Of a stretch of 51,123 nt of DNA, positions 8,566 through 18,519 are shown piece by piece. Positions within the stretch are counted from its first letter, which is position 1; each line of letters starts with the position of its first letter. This DNA is from Candidatus Micrarchaeota archaeon. Lineage in GTDB: Archaea > Micrarchaeota > Micrarchaeia > Micrarchaeales > CABMGC01. The position numbers were made by a program, and so were the translations under genes. The stretch is taken from assembly GCA_021827925.1 (NCBI GenBank), contig JAKATZ010000001.1, forward strand, positions 1 to 51,123, in the 5' to 3' direction. The notes beneath the pieces are model-generated. The model did not search any database. It was given only the letters and a program-made list of their open reading frames with translations, and was not told the origin of the DNA.

Positions 8566-9509
8566 CTCTTCCCAGGCAGGAGGCCCATGCGCTTCAGCTC
8601 CTCGCTTACACCGTTGGCGATCTCGACACCGGAATCGTGAATCGCCTTGTCTGTTGAAGCGCCTATGTGCGGAGTGAGCAGCAGATTCCGGTTCTTCTTC
8701 GCATACACGAGAAGTGGATCTTCTCTTGAAGCCGGCTCTTTTGCAAAAACATCGAATGCGGCTCCGGCTATCGCGCCTTCGGAGAGGGCTTTCAGCAAGG
8801 CATCTTCGTCCACTATGCGCTCCCTGGCAGTGTTTATCAGGAGCGCAGTTCTCTTCATGCTTTGCAGCTGTTCGTAGCCGATCATGTTCTCGGTCTCCTT
8901 TGTGAGCATTGCATGTATTGTCACTATATCGGATCTCTCAAGGAGTTCCGGAAGCTGCAGCATCTCTGCAACGCTCTCCTTCACATAAGGGTCGAATGCA
9001 ACCACGTTCATACCGAATGCTTTTCCATAGCCTGCGACCCTGTTGCCTATCTTGCCCATGCCTATGACCCCAAGGGTCTTCCCCTCAAGCTGCATGCCAA
9101 AGAACTTGTAACGCTCCCACTTTCCGCGCCGCATGTTCTCATATGCCCAGGGTATCTTGCGGCATAGGCTCAGCATGAGGGCGAATGCGTGTTCGGCCGT
9201 CGGGACAGTATGCATTCCGTGCAGATTTACTATCCTTATGTCCATTGTTTCCGCCTGTTTTGTATCTATGTGGTTTAGCCCGGTTGTAGCGGAGCCTATG
9301 ACTTTTAGCCTCTTTGCCTTTCTAAGAAGCGAGGAGTCAACTGCGGTTTCTATTCTCACTACAAGCACATCCGTATTCTCTATCTCTTTCTCAAGCTCGG
9401 GGCGCCCCATCCGCTTTGCCTTTACCCTTCCGATGCTCTTCAGTATCCTGAGAGCATCTCCCTCGAAATATTCTGGTTCAGTGACCAGTATGTTTACCAT
9501 TTCATGCAC
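8562..9509 (-). CDS. D-2-hydroxyacid dehydrogenase (SerA-like, no ACT domain)
   Basis: GLNHID, GVIGMGKIG, LINTAR, FDVF..EP, LTPHIGAST. Confidence 0.92.
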   Translation of the reverse strand: MHEMVNILVTEPEYFEGDALRILKSIGRVKAKRMGRPELEKEIENTDVLVVRIETAVDSSLLRKAKRLKVIGSATTGLNHIDTKQAETMDIRIVNLHGMHTVPTAEHAFALMLSLCRKIPWAYENMRRGKWERYKFFGMQLEGKTLGVIGMGKIGNRVAGYGKAFGMNVVAFDPYVKESVAEMLQLPELLERSDIVTIHAMLTKETENMIGYEQLQSMKRTALLINTARERIVDEDALLKALSEGAIAGAAFDVFAKEPASREDPLLVYAKKNRNLLLTPHIGASTDKAIHDSGVEIANGVSEELKRMGLLPGKR

Positions 9510-10871
9510 CTACGCTCCGGTGAATCTCTGCTTTCTCGGATCCGTCTCGCGTATTATCTTCGTAACCGAGCTTCTGTTGAAGCCCTTGAATCCCTGGTCT
9601 CTCTCCAGATTTTCCATATGACTGCCTATCGCACCTTCCGCGGAGAATTTGGAGTGCTGCTCCTTTGTTATCAGCGATGCCGAAAGCAGAGCGTCGAGCC
9701 TTTTGCCATCCACCTTCCATCGTTCGCCCTGCGTGAATGCCTGCTTCAGGAAGTCGAAGTATGAGAACGGAGGCATTACCTTCAGGCCGTATGCCTGAAG
9801 ATCCGCGCTGAGCTTATCGTGGTCGAACCTCGCCTCTAGGTGGTGCATGCCAGCCTGGAGTATACTCTCGCCGTGCAGTCCTACCCAGAGACCTACTGTT
9901 CCAAGCTCTCCCCTTGGCCGGAGTCCCTTGTGAGAAAAATCCATTCTGGTCTCTTCAGGCCAGAGATCGACATCGGTGAAGACGACTATGCCGCATTCTC
10001 TGTGCTCGAGTATCTGCGCGCCCCAGCCTGCCTTCTCTCCGGCATAATATTTCTCCCTGCAAGCGTACCCAAGCTTCTCGAATATGCCTATCATCCTTGA
10101 GAAGTTCTTCCGTGAGGAGCGATAGGTGTGATGGTCATGATTTCCCCAGCCCAGGCCGAGCCTGTCCTGCCTTGCTTTCTGGGTCTGTCCTGCCCTGTTC
10201 CTCCGTTGCCAGTAGGCGCGTTCGGCTCGGAAGAATGCATCCGATGCACGCGCGCCGCCGATCCTGCGTGCCGATTCGGAGACAAGGACCCCTGTTTCTT
10301 CCATGCCCTCTTCATCGCTTTCGAAAAGACGCCGCCTTCCGAAGAATGCGCCCATTATTGAAAGGTATTCATCGCGATCGTCAGACTCTTTTATCAGATA
10401 GCCGCCGTAGCCTCGCCTCTCCACTGCGGATAGAATGGTGCTGCCTTCCTTGCTTATTATCGCCTTCCTCAGACGCGAGAACGGTTCGCCGATGATCTCT
10501 GGGCCTGTGCCTATAGCCTGCGCAAAATCCTCTATGCTCTCGGGCTTTAGGGCTATCTCTGTGGAACCGCCTCTGCGCAGCAGGAAAGGAAAGAGGTAGG
10601 ATTGGCTGTGCCTGAAGACGCGTACGCCTTTCACCGCATCGTTCTGACTTTCTTCCGCAAGGCCAATTGAGGAGAGCTTTGCAGCTGAGGCGGCAGTGGC
10701 AGGGATCGCGATATGATCTATCCAGTCGGTGAAACGCGTAGAGGTTTCTTCGAGCATGCGTGTGGAAAGGTCCCTTGCGAATTCGTTCTTAGTTAGGAAA
10801 GATGATACCTGCTCCTTGACAAACTCTTCCAGCCGCGGATACAGGCCCCATTCGAATTTGCCTTCGGCCAT
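9510..10871 (-). CDS. VOC/DUF1338-like putative Fe(II) dioxygenase (2-oxoadipate dioxygenase/decarboxylase-like)
   Basis: NHDHHTYRS, MHHLEAR, FLKQAFT and C-terminal ENLER..GFKGFN..SV.KIIRET resemble the DUF1338/HglS motif pattern. Confidence 0.55.
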   Translation of the reverse strand: MAEGKFEWGLYPRLEEFVKEQVSSFLTKNEFARDLSTRMLEETSTRFTDWIDHIAIPATAASAAKLSSIGLAEESQNDAVKGVRVFRHSQSYLFPFLLRRGGSTEIALKPESIEDFAQAIGTGPEIIGEPFSRLRKAIISKEGSTILSAVERRGYGGYLIKESDDRDEYLSIMGAFFGRRRLFESDEEGMEETGVLVSESARRIGGARASDAFFRAERAYWQRRNRAGQTQKARQDRLGLGWGNHDHHTYRSSRKNFSRMIGIFEKLGYACREKYYAGEKAGWGAQILEHRECGIVVFTDVDLWPEETRMDFSHKGLRPRGELGTVGLWVGLHGESILQAGMHHLEARFDHDKLSADLQAYGLKVMPPFSYFDFLKQAFTQGERWKVDGKRLDALLSASLITKEQHSKFSAEGAIGSHMENLERDQGFKGFNRSSVTKIIRETDPRKQRFTGA

Positions 10872-11319
10872 TGGATCAGCGATTAGAAGGTCGCACTATG
10901 AATTTATAATGCTTTTTGGGTGCTTTTAGCCAAAGCGCATATTCGCCATTATCCCTGAATGATACTGTCCCTGCAAGATATCCTATAATAATATTCAATA
11001 ATTTCGGAATAGCGCCATCGTACGTTTGGAGTACAAACCAATCCAGGGTGGTATACAAGAATTCCGACTTTTCTATCTTTTTGCCAAAGGGCGCCGCATG
11101 CGTTGAAGGTTTAGGAAATGTTCCCTTCTCCTTGTTGCTGCTTAGGCCTTCAGAAAAGGCTGAACATTGGGAGGTGTAGAAGTTCTGCAAATTCCTTAGA
11201 GTATCTGCGGCTTTTGTTGGCTTGTGGGATTTCTATCACCATTGCAAAAGCTGAAAAGAACTTGAGAGGGCAATGGTGCCGATATGAAACCCTTCGTAGC
11301 AAATTTGCCTTAAAGTACT

Positions 11320-11940
11320 TCAAGTTTTATTTATATTGGATATTTGGTATGCTATAAGTTGCTTGACCTGGCTTGGTTTGAGCGTGAAGTTTGATGAACC
11401 TAAAGTAGCATTACCAGAGGTATCTATAGAAAAAATGTAGTAGCCGTCAATTGCAGTTATAACAGTTTGATTCTCAACATAATAGGGTTGGTCACCAGAG
11501 AAGCTAGCATTGAAAACAAGATATCTTACATTCCCCAAGGTTCCGTTGTATTCGTTCTGTACCTTTACATAATTAGGCAATGAATTTGCAGTAATGTCAT
11601 TATACGAGTTATTTTCTTGAGTTATGTTTCTATAATGGGTTAGAAAAACAAATAACTGTTCATCATGAGATGCCATGCCGGTACTTGTTAATCCTTCATT
11701 AATCATACTTATTATTGAAGCGTTTGATAATAGTAGAGTAGGTTGAGTAAGAAGAGTCCAATTGCCACCTAGAACACTTTCTGCTTGACTAACAGTTAGC
11801 AGATTATAACTAGTACTTAGAGTATTAGAGATAGAGTTTGCATAAGTTCGATTTGGGATTACCGTTTGTACAAATACTGACACAATAATGGCAACTAAAA
11901 TTATCGCCATTATAATGATAGCTAAGTGCTTCCCATTCAT
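11320..11940 (-). CDS. Membrane-anchored Asn/Ser/Thr-rich surface protein
   Basis: N-terminal TM helix, several N-x-S/T sequons, AT-rich DNA. Confidence 0.75.
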   Translation of the reverse strand: MNGKHLAIIIMAIILVAIIVSVFVQTVIPNRTYANSISNTLSTSYNLLTVSQAESVLGGNWTLLTQPTLLLSNASIISMINEGLTSTGMASHDEQLFVFLTHYRNITQENNSYNDITANSLPNYVKVQNEYNGTLGNVRYLVFNASFSGDQPYYVENQTVITAIDGYYIFSIDTSGNATLGSSNFTLKPSQVKQLIAYQISNINKT

Positions 11941-12019
11941 AGAGGTAAATCTAAGTCAAAGATTAATAAACAGTGCGTTCTTGATTAGTAGTCGGTGTGC
12001 TTTGAGATGAAGGCCACGA

Positions 12020-12205
12020 TCTCGTTGCCTGGGCCTTCTCTGTCTTCAAGGCCAATTCCTTAGTTTCTAGGCCTAGGGAGTTGATGTTGGCTCTCAGCTT
12101 CTCCTATTCTAAGCCCAAGCTGCGCTTGGTAGCTGAATAACATGCGAAACTTGCCAGAGGCTATTGCATGAAAGAACCTTTGAAGCTGTGAGTAGGAAAA
12201 CGCCT
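12020..12205 (-). pseudogene. Frameshifted fragment of an integrase related to 4726-5625
   Basis: FSYSQLQRFF...KFRMLFSYQAQLGLRIGEA, then after a frameshift RANINSLGLETKELALKTEKA. These align with FTEQEVQAFF...KFRLLFGYQAQLGLRIGEAVKVNVKDIKFETRELTVKTEKA. Confidence 0.88.
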
Positions 12206-12330
12206 TGAGATTGAGCTCGCCATGTACTACAAAGTAGCCGTAGCCCGCCGTCCGAACGTAGCGCAGCACGCCAGAACCTGCCCAGAGCATGTGAAGGGCA
12301 TGGGGCGGCGAAGGCTTACTAAAGACCTCA

Positions 12331-12377
12331 ACTTAAGAGGTTTCGCTATTCTTTAATGGTAAGACGCCCTCTTAAGT
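12331..12377. repeat. 10-bp inverted repeat downstream of carB (terminator-like or element boundary)
   Basis: ACTTAAGAGG (12331-12340) / CCTCTTAAGT (12368-12377). Confidence 0.6.
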
Positions 12378-12385
12378 ATTGATTG

Positions 12386-15300
12386 TCACTTCCAGTATTC
12401 GCCCATCTCCTCGAAGGTGAATCTTGAGTTCAGCTGCGATGCGAGCATCGCGCCGAGCCTCCCGTTCAGCACGAGTGGCACATTCATCTCTGCTGCTCTC
12501 CGTCGCAGGTTGTAGTCGATATCAATCATTGCGCCGTCAGTGACAACAAGGTCTATCTTCTTTGACCTGAGCATCGAATCGGCCTTGCTTTGGCTTATCT
12601 GCGGCAGATTGCCTATTGACGCGCCTTCGAGCGTATTGACAGCTAGCGTCTTGGAAAAGTCAGATGCCGCTTCCCCGAGGTATGCGGCATTCGAAATCCC
12701 GTATACTAGCACGCTCTTCGCGGGCAGCTTGTTCGGTTGAACGCCGAGCCAACTCTTGACAAGAGCATCTCCAAAGCTCCTTCCGAATGCGGCGCTCTCG
12801 CCGGTGCTCCTCATCTCGGGCCCCAGATGCGGGTACACTCCCTTCACCTGATTCCAAGCAAACTGCGGGGATTTTACAGCGAATGACGCATGATCTGGCT
12901 CCCTGAAGCCGTTCCATTCGTATTTGCCGGTTATTCCTCGAACAGCGTGCTCTATCAGGTTTATCCCCACCGATTTTGAGCTGAAAGGCATGGATCTGCT
13001 CGCCCTTATGTTCGCCTCTATTACGGAAGGCGTTCCGTTTTCTATGACGAACTGTATGTTGAAGGGACCCCTCAGGGAGAGCTCGCTTGCGATGATTAGC
13101 GATATTTCCTTCATCCTATCGGCAGATGCTTTGGAATGGCCGAAGGGAGTCACCAGGGTAGAGTCTCCGCTATGAACCCCTGCTTCTTCCACATGATGCA
13201 TGAGTATCCCGAGAACGTTCTCGGAGTCGCTTGCACAGTCCATCTCGGCCTCCACGCCTTCCCGAACATACCGCGAAACCGTGACAGGGAAATCAGGGGA
13301 AAGAGACACCGACCTGTTTATGTAAGCATCGAGTTCTTCCCAGTCGTTCGCTATCTTCATCGAGGATCCGCTGAGGACATGGCTCGGTCGTATAAGCACG
13401 GGGAAACCTACCCCCTTGACGAACTCCTTGATCCCGTCGCGCGACGATGCGCTGCTCCATTCGGGCTGCCGGATGCCAAGACGCTCGAGGAGATGCGAGA
13501 AGCTCTCCCTGTTTTCTGCGATCTCCACACTTGACGACGAAGGTCCGAATATCCTTACGCCTTTCTTCTCCAGCAGGTGCGCAAGGTTGTTCCCGATCTG
13601 CCCTGCCGCAAAGGCAGCGACGCTGCCGAAGTTGCCCTTCGAGCATATCCCCAGTATCGTCTCTTCGGTGAGCTCATCGAAGTAAAGCCCGCTCACCGTG
13701 TCCCAATCGGTAGATACGGTTTCGGGGTTGCAATTCAGAAGTGATACCGAGTCGAAGCTTTTTGACGCGCTATCCAGCAGCGAGATGGCACTCCAGTCGA
13801 ACTCGACCGATACACCGATGCGGAATACGCCGGCGCCGAGAACGAGGAGATTGTTTCCTTTGCGCCTGGCAACATCATCCTCCTGTGCATCGTGGGTGGT
13901 ATAAAGATAGTTTGTGCTCGCTGGCCATTCGCCTGCAAGTGTGTCCATCTGCTTCACGAATTTCGCTGCGGAGGTTCTTACGCCAAGCTGCGCGTCAGAG
14001 AATCCGAGCCTTTTCATACTTTCTGCGAAGGCCAGATCGCCAGAATTTGCATTGTGTAGTTCATACAGCCGGACTATGCGCTCCAGCTTGCCTATGAAGA
14101 ATGGATCTATAAGCGTTGTTTTGCAAACCTCGCCTATTGAAGCGCCCTCCCTGAGAGCTTTTGCTGCGTAAAGGAACCAGTAGGGTTTCCTCTCTTCGAG
14201 CATGCGTAGCGCTTCTCTCTTTGATAACTCGGCATTGTAAACCTTGCCGCCGACTATCCCGGGCTCGCCAATGTCAAGCATCCTCACCGCCTTCTGCATT
14301 GCTTCTTCGAGATTCCTGCCTATGCCCATGACCTCGCCTATGCTCTTCATCTCGGTGCCGAGCCGCTCTGTTGCATTCTCGAACTTCTCCATGTTCCATC
14401 TGGGCATCTTTACAGTGATGTAATCGAGGCTGGGCTCGAAGCAGGCAGTCGTGGCTTTTGAAACACTGTTTGCTATCTCGTATAGCCTGTGCCCTAGGGC
14501 GAGCTTTGCACTCACGTATGCGAGGGGATAGCCGGTGGCTTTGCTGGCCAGGGCGCTTGAACGTGACATCCGGGGGTTTGTCTCTATCACGTAGAAACGG
14601 TAGCTCTTCGGATCTAGAGCAAACTGTACATTACACTCCCCGACAAGGCCTATCTCCTCTGCAACGCGTATGGCGATGCTCCTCATTGCCTGGTAGGAGG
14701 TGTTGTCAAGAGTCTGCGCGGGAGTTACCGCAACAGACTCTCCGGTGTGTATCCCCATCGGGTCAAGGTTTTCGATGCATGCGGTGACTGCACAATTACC
14801 GCCGGAATCCCTTACGACCTCATACTCTATCTCTTTCCATCCTTCCAGGTATTCCTCCACTGAGACCTCGCCTATTGCACTCTGTGCGAACGTCTTGTCA
14901 AGGACCGAATCCAGCTCTTCTTCAGAATAAACCACTTCGGAGCCGCGGCCGCCCAGGTTGAAGCTGGCCCTCACTATCAATGGGTATTCCATTTGTCTAG
15001 AGCTGATAACAGCATCGTCCCTGCTCTTTGAGGTGATGCTTCTCGGCGTTTCTATTCCGACCGAGTGCATTGCGTCCTTGAACTCCTTCCTGCTGAGGGC
15101 TTTCTTTATGCCGATGATTCCGGTGCCAAGCACCGATACCCCATGGGTTTCCAGTATCCCCTTGTCATGAAGCTCCGTGCCTACAGTGAGCGCCGTCTGC
15201 CCCCCGAAGCCCATCAGTATGCCATCGGGCTTCTCTGCCTCGATTATCCTCTCCAGCACTTCGCACGTTATTGGAAGCAGATACACTCTGTCAGCCATCC

Positions 15301-15463
15301 TGTAGCTTGTCTGCACTGTTGCTATATTTGGATTCACAAGCACGCTCGTTATCCCTTCTTCGCGGAGAGCCTTGAGTGCCTGGCTGCCGCTGTAGTCGAA
15401 CTCCGCCGCCTCGGCTATCTTTATCGGACCTGAACCTATTACGATTACCTTATTTGGCTTCAA
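12386..15463 (-). CDS. carB: Carbamoyl-phosphate synthase large subunit
   Basis: GSGPIKIAEAAEFDYSG, duplicated ATP-grasp (ETNPRMSRSS, EANIRASRS), NCNPETVSTD. Confidence 0.98.
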   Translation of the reverse strand: MKPNKVIVIGSGPIKIAEAAEFDYSGSQALKALREEGITSVLVNPNIATVQTSYRMADRVYLLPITCEVLERIIEAEKPDGILMGFGGQTALTVGTELHDKGILETHGVSVLGTGIIGIKKALSRKEFKDAMHSVGIETPRSITSKSRDDAVISSRQMEYPLIVRASFNLGGRGSEVVYSEEELDSVLDKTFAQSAIGEVSVEEYLEGWKEIEYEVVRDSGGNCAVTACIENLDPMGIHTGESVAVTPAQTLDNTSYQAMRSIAIRVAEEIGLVGECNVQFALDPKSYRFYVIETNPRMSRSSALASKATGYPLAYVSAKLALGHRLYEIANSVSKATTACFEPSLDYITVKMPRWNMEKFENATERLGTEMKSIGEVMGIGRNLEEAMQKAVRMLDIGEPGIVGGKVYNAELSKREALRMLEERKPYWFLYAAKALREGASIGEVCKTTLIDPFFIGKLERIVRLYELHNANSGDLAFAESMKRLGFSDAQLGVRTSAAKFVKQMDTLAGEWPASTNYLYTTHDAQEDDVARRKGNNLLVLGAGVFRIGVSVEFDWSAISLLDSASKSFDSVSLLNCNPETVSTDWDTVSGLYFDELTEETILGICSKGNFGSVAAFAAGQIGNNLAHLLEKKGVRIFGPSSSSVEIAENRESFSHLLERLGIRQPEWSSASSRDGIKEFVKGVGFPVLIRPSHVLSGSSMKIANDWEELDAYINRSVSLSPDFPVTVSRYVREGVEAEMDCASDSENVLGILMHHVEEAGVHSGDSTLVTPFGHSKASADRMKEISLIIASELSLRGPFNIQFVIENGTPSVIEANIRASRSMPFSSKSVGINLIEHAVRGITGKYEWNGFREPDHASFAVKSPQFAWNQVKGVYPHLGPEMRSTGESAAFGRSFGDALVKSWLGVQPNKLPAKSVLVYGISNAAYLGEAASDFSKTLAVNTLEGASIGNLPQISQSKADSMLRSKKIDLVVTDGAMIDIDYNLRRRAAEMNVPLVLNGRLGAMLASQLNSRFTFEEMGEYWK

Positions 15464-16586
15464 GGCGCATCATCCGCTCAAAATGCTTGAATATGAATTC
15501 CGCATCGGCCGTGCCAGGGCCTGATTCAGGATGGAACTGTACCGAGAGAAGGTTCTTGCCCCGGATGCCCTCCACCACATTGTCATCCGGACTAATGAAC
15601 CATCTTTCAATGTCTTCAGGGACATCTTCGGCGTAGGCAGCATAGCCGTGATTATGCGTTGTGATGTATGATCTTCCGCTTGATGTGTCGACAACTGCTT
15701 TGTTTATCGCCCTGTGGCCAGAGCGCATCTTCCTTATCCTTCCCCCCATTGAGAGCACTGTTAGCTGATGGCCCAGGCATATGCTTAGAGTAGGTATGCC
15801 GTTCTCCAATACTTTCCCCAATGTTTTCGCGCTTTCGGAAAGAAGATTAGGGTTTCCGGGACCGTTGCTGTACACTATGCCGGCGGGAGAGAATGAGAGT
15901 ATCTGCTTTTCTGTGTAATTGTACGGCACTCGGATAATGTTGTACCCAAGCCTGGAAACTGAGCGCAGTATCCCATGCTTGACGCCAAAATCCACTATCA
16001 CTATATTGTTCCTGCTGCCGAAATCGTGAACCACATGCTCGCGTGGAGAGACTGATTCCGCGAAGTTTATAGAATCGTATCTGTAAGCGCTTGTTGACTT
16101 GGAGCCTTTGCCAGGAATGATGGCACAGCTTGAAGCCCCGAGATTGCGTATCCGCTTGATTAAACTGCGTGTGTCGACGCCGGAGATGCCAGGTATGCCG
16201 TTCTCCTTCAGCCAGCTGTCCAGCGTCTTTGCGCTGTTCCACCCGGATCCAGAAGTAAGCTCGCTCACGACAAGGCCGGACACTTTAATGCCTTCCGATT
16301 CCATGTTCTGCACAATCCCGTTGCGCGAGGTTATCTCAGGCACGCCGTAGTTGCCTACAAGTGGATGGGATATCACGAGCACCTGCCCCTTGTAGGAAGG
16401 ATCGGTGAGGCTCTCGGGATAGCCGTTCATTGCTGTGGTGAATACAAGCTCGCCTTCTGCATGCACGTCTGCGCCGAAGCCTATGCCGCCCATTAGGGTG
16501 CCATCATCCAGCACCAAAGAGGATTTGTACCCGATTGGTTCATGCAGTCCGGAGAGAAGGCTTTCCTTTGAAGCGAGAACACGCAT
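15450..16586 (-). CDS. carA: Carbamoyl-phosphate synthase small subunit
   Basis: GYPESLTDPSY, SNGPGNP, ICLGHQ, QFHPE. Confidence 0.98.
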   Translation of the reverse strand: MRVLASKESLLSGLHEPIGYKSSLVLDDGTLMGGIGFGADVHAEGELVFTTAMNGYPESLTDPSYKGQVLVISHPLVGNYGVPEITSRNGIVQNMESEGIKVSGLVVSELTSGSGWNSAKTLDSWLKENGIPGISGVDTRSLIKRIRNLGASSCAIIPGKGSKSTSAYRYDSINFAESVSPREHVVHDFGSRNNIVIVDFGVKHGILRSVSRLGYNIIRVPYNYTEKQILSFSPAGIVYSNGPGNPNLLSESAKTLGKVLENGIPTLSICLGHQLTVLSMGGRIRKMRSGHRAINKAVVDTSSGRSYITTHNHGYAAYAEDVPEDIERWFISPDDNVVEGIRGKNLLSVQFHPESGPGTADAEFIFKHFERMMRLEAK

Positions 16587-16759
16587 CCAATCAAAATTAG
16601 TATCTGCTATTCAATGATTAAAAAGGTTCGTGCGGGATTGCTCCGGAACATGCACGTAATGGTGGGCGTAGCTATTGTTTAATATCCTTTGGATTTCAAT
16701 TCTTATCACCCTTTTGTTCCGATCTGCTTTGTGCTGAAGGAGTTTGTTCCGGTGATGCG

Positions 16760-18091
16760 ATGCCTAAGCTTGGGTTTTTAGGAAGGCTTTTGGGCAATGA
16801 CTCGAAGTGGATGTACTTCGCACTCCCCGCAAACATAGCGTACGGGCCGGTGTCCGTTCTTATCTCACTATACATACTTGAGCTTGGGGGGAACGTAATA
16901 GACGTTGCATATGCGATAACGCTGGGGAGCGCCATCGCGATACCTTCAGCATTGTTCTGGGGAGAACTCACTGACTCGCTTGACAGGAGAAAGGCGTTCA
17001 TGATAATATCATACCTCGGACTTTTCCTCTCACTGTTCGGAATATTCATGATACGGAGCGTGATAGGAGTAACGCTCATTTACGGGGCCATATCGTTCAT
17101 AATAACGGCAAGCGCTGCGCCAGTAAGTCTGCTTGTCATGGAGAAAGTTGAGAAGAGCAAATGGTCGGACAGCTTCGTTAAACTCCAGATTCTTTCCAGC
17201 GGAGGGGCTGCTGTCGGATTCGTGATATCGTATTTCACAACATACTTCCTACCGCTGAGATATCTCACACTGGTGCTCATGGCTTTCTCGCTATCCGCAG
17301 TGCTGCTGGTGGTTGCTTTCGTATTTGAGGCCAAGAAGACAGTAGATAGGCACTCGATATTCGAAAATGTATACGCTTTCATATTCCGTACTGTTGCACT
17401 CCGCCTGGTCTTTGTCAAGATACCAAGCAGGGAATCAATGATGAAAGCCGTGAAATTCATGTTCGGCGAAGGAGGCAAACCGAACCCCGTGGCGCTTTTC
17501 TACTTCCTTGCGTTCTTCTTTTATATGGGCACCGGACTGTTCAATACGGTGTACCCGGTGGGGCTTGCGCATTACTTCAATTCATCCAGCATATTCTTAC
17601 TTCTCTTCATAGGACTTCTGGTGCAGGCGCTCTCTTTCTACTATTACAATAAGATCAAGGACGCCAGTCCGGAAATAGGCGTGGTCAGATACTCGCTGAT
17701 GGCCAGGGGTCTCGGATACGCAGGCATCAGCGCGGCGTTCCTGTTCGCCGCAGGAGGAATGCTTTACGGGGTTAATGTTGTATTTTATTTAATTTCTGCA
17801 GGATTTGCATATTCCCTGTATTTTGTTTCTTCTAATGTCATATTCTTCAAGATACTCGGAAGCAAGAACAGGGGAGGCAAACTCGGGATATACAGCGGGC
17901 TTTCGGGACTTGGAACAGTGGCAGGGGCAATACTCTCAGGATACGCCTCGCGGCTCATTGGATACTGGTTTACCTTCGCTGCGGCAGGCGCAATAATGGT
18001 GGTCTGCTACGTGGCATTCTCATTAGTCTGGTACGACGATGGTGCGGATGCGCTCAGGCTGGGAAGAGGGGGTGCAGTCAAGACGGCGTGA
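16760..18091 (+). CDS. MFS transporter
   Basis: About 12 TM segments and motif A WGELTDSLDRRK. Confidence 0.88.
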   Translation: MPKLGFLGRLLGNDSKWMYFALPANIAYGPVSVLISLYILELGGNVIDVAYAITLGSAIAIPSALFWGELTDSLDRRKAFMIISYLGLFLSLFGIFMIRSVIGVTLIYGAISFIITASAAPVSLLVMEKVEKSKWSDSFVKLQILSSGGAAVGFVISYFTTYFLPLRYLTLVLMAFSLSAVLLVVAFVFEAKKTVDRHSIFENVYAFIFRTVALRLVFVKIPSRESMMKAVKFMFGEGGKPNPVALFYFLAFFFYMGTGLFNTVYPVGLAHYFNSSSIFLLLFIGLLVQALSFYYYNKIKDASPEIGVVRYSLMARGLGYAGISAAFLFAAGGMLYGVNVVFYLISAGFAYSLYFVSSNVIFFKILGSKNRGGKLGIYSGLSGLGTVAGAILSGYASRLIGYWFTFAAAGAIMVVCYVAFSLVWYDDGADALRLGRGGAVKTA

Positions 18092-18497
18092 CTTCCCCTA
18101 TTGTGAACTTTCCGCCTTTCCTGATGCCAAGCTTCATGCAGACGCCGGCGGTGGTTTCAACTACATATCTCGCAGGAGAAGCAGGATAATAGCTGCGGCA
18201 TTTTAGGAAAGACTCGCAGGGAAGCGCTTCCTCCTTCTTGTCTATGACAATGCCATCCCCATCAAGCCAGATTATGTCTATGCTGAATTTCATGTTCAGC
18301 ATCCATATCCCTATCCGCGAATCCCTGACGAGTGCGAATAGCATAGCTTCGTTTTTTCCGAGGCCTTTGCGATGCATGAGACCTACGGAGCGCTTCAGCG
18401 GAGAGTCTGCAAGGTAAGCACTGAATTTGTGCCTGCCGTAGCTAATCCCGGTCTTCTCGAAATTGAGAGCACGATAGAGGAGATAGGTTATACACAT
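18078..18497 (-). CDS. DUF192 family protein
   Basis: AD..KRSVGLM, MLF, IWMLNMKFSIDIIWLD, ARYVVE. Confidence 0.88.
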   Translation of the reverse strand: MCITYLLYRALNFEKTGISYGRHKFSAYLADSPLKRSVGLMHRKGLGKNEAMLFALVRDSRIGIWMLNMKFSIDIIWLDGDGIVIDKKEEALPCESFLKCRSYYPASPARYVVETTAGVCMKLGIRKGGKFTIGEVTPS

Positions 18498-18519
18498 ACA
18501 AGCACGCTGCGCTTCTTCG

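Noticed and set aside
10876..11357. Short overlapping ORFs on both strands
   Set aside because: No recognisable motifs, and the minus ORF overlaps the TATA box of the 10871 gene. Possibly decayed DNA.
12355..12368. 14-bp match to the tRNA-Val D-arm (AATGGTAAGACGCC) beside the integrase remnant, and a 12-bp match to its 5' end at ~39902
   Set aside because: Short matches outside the usual 3'-half att region with no flanking tRNA structure; cannot be separated from chance.
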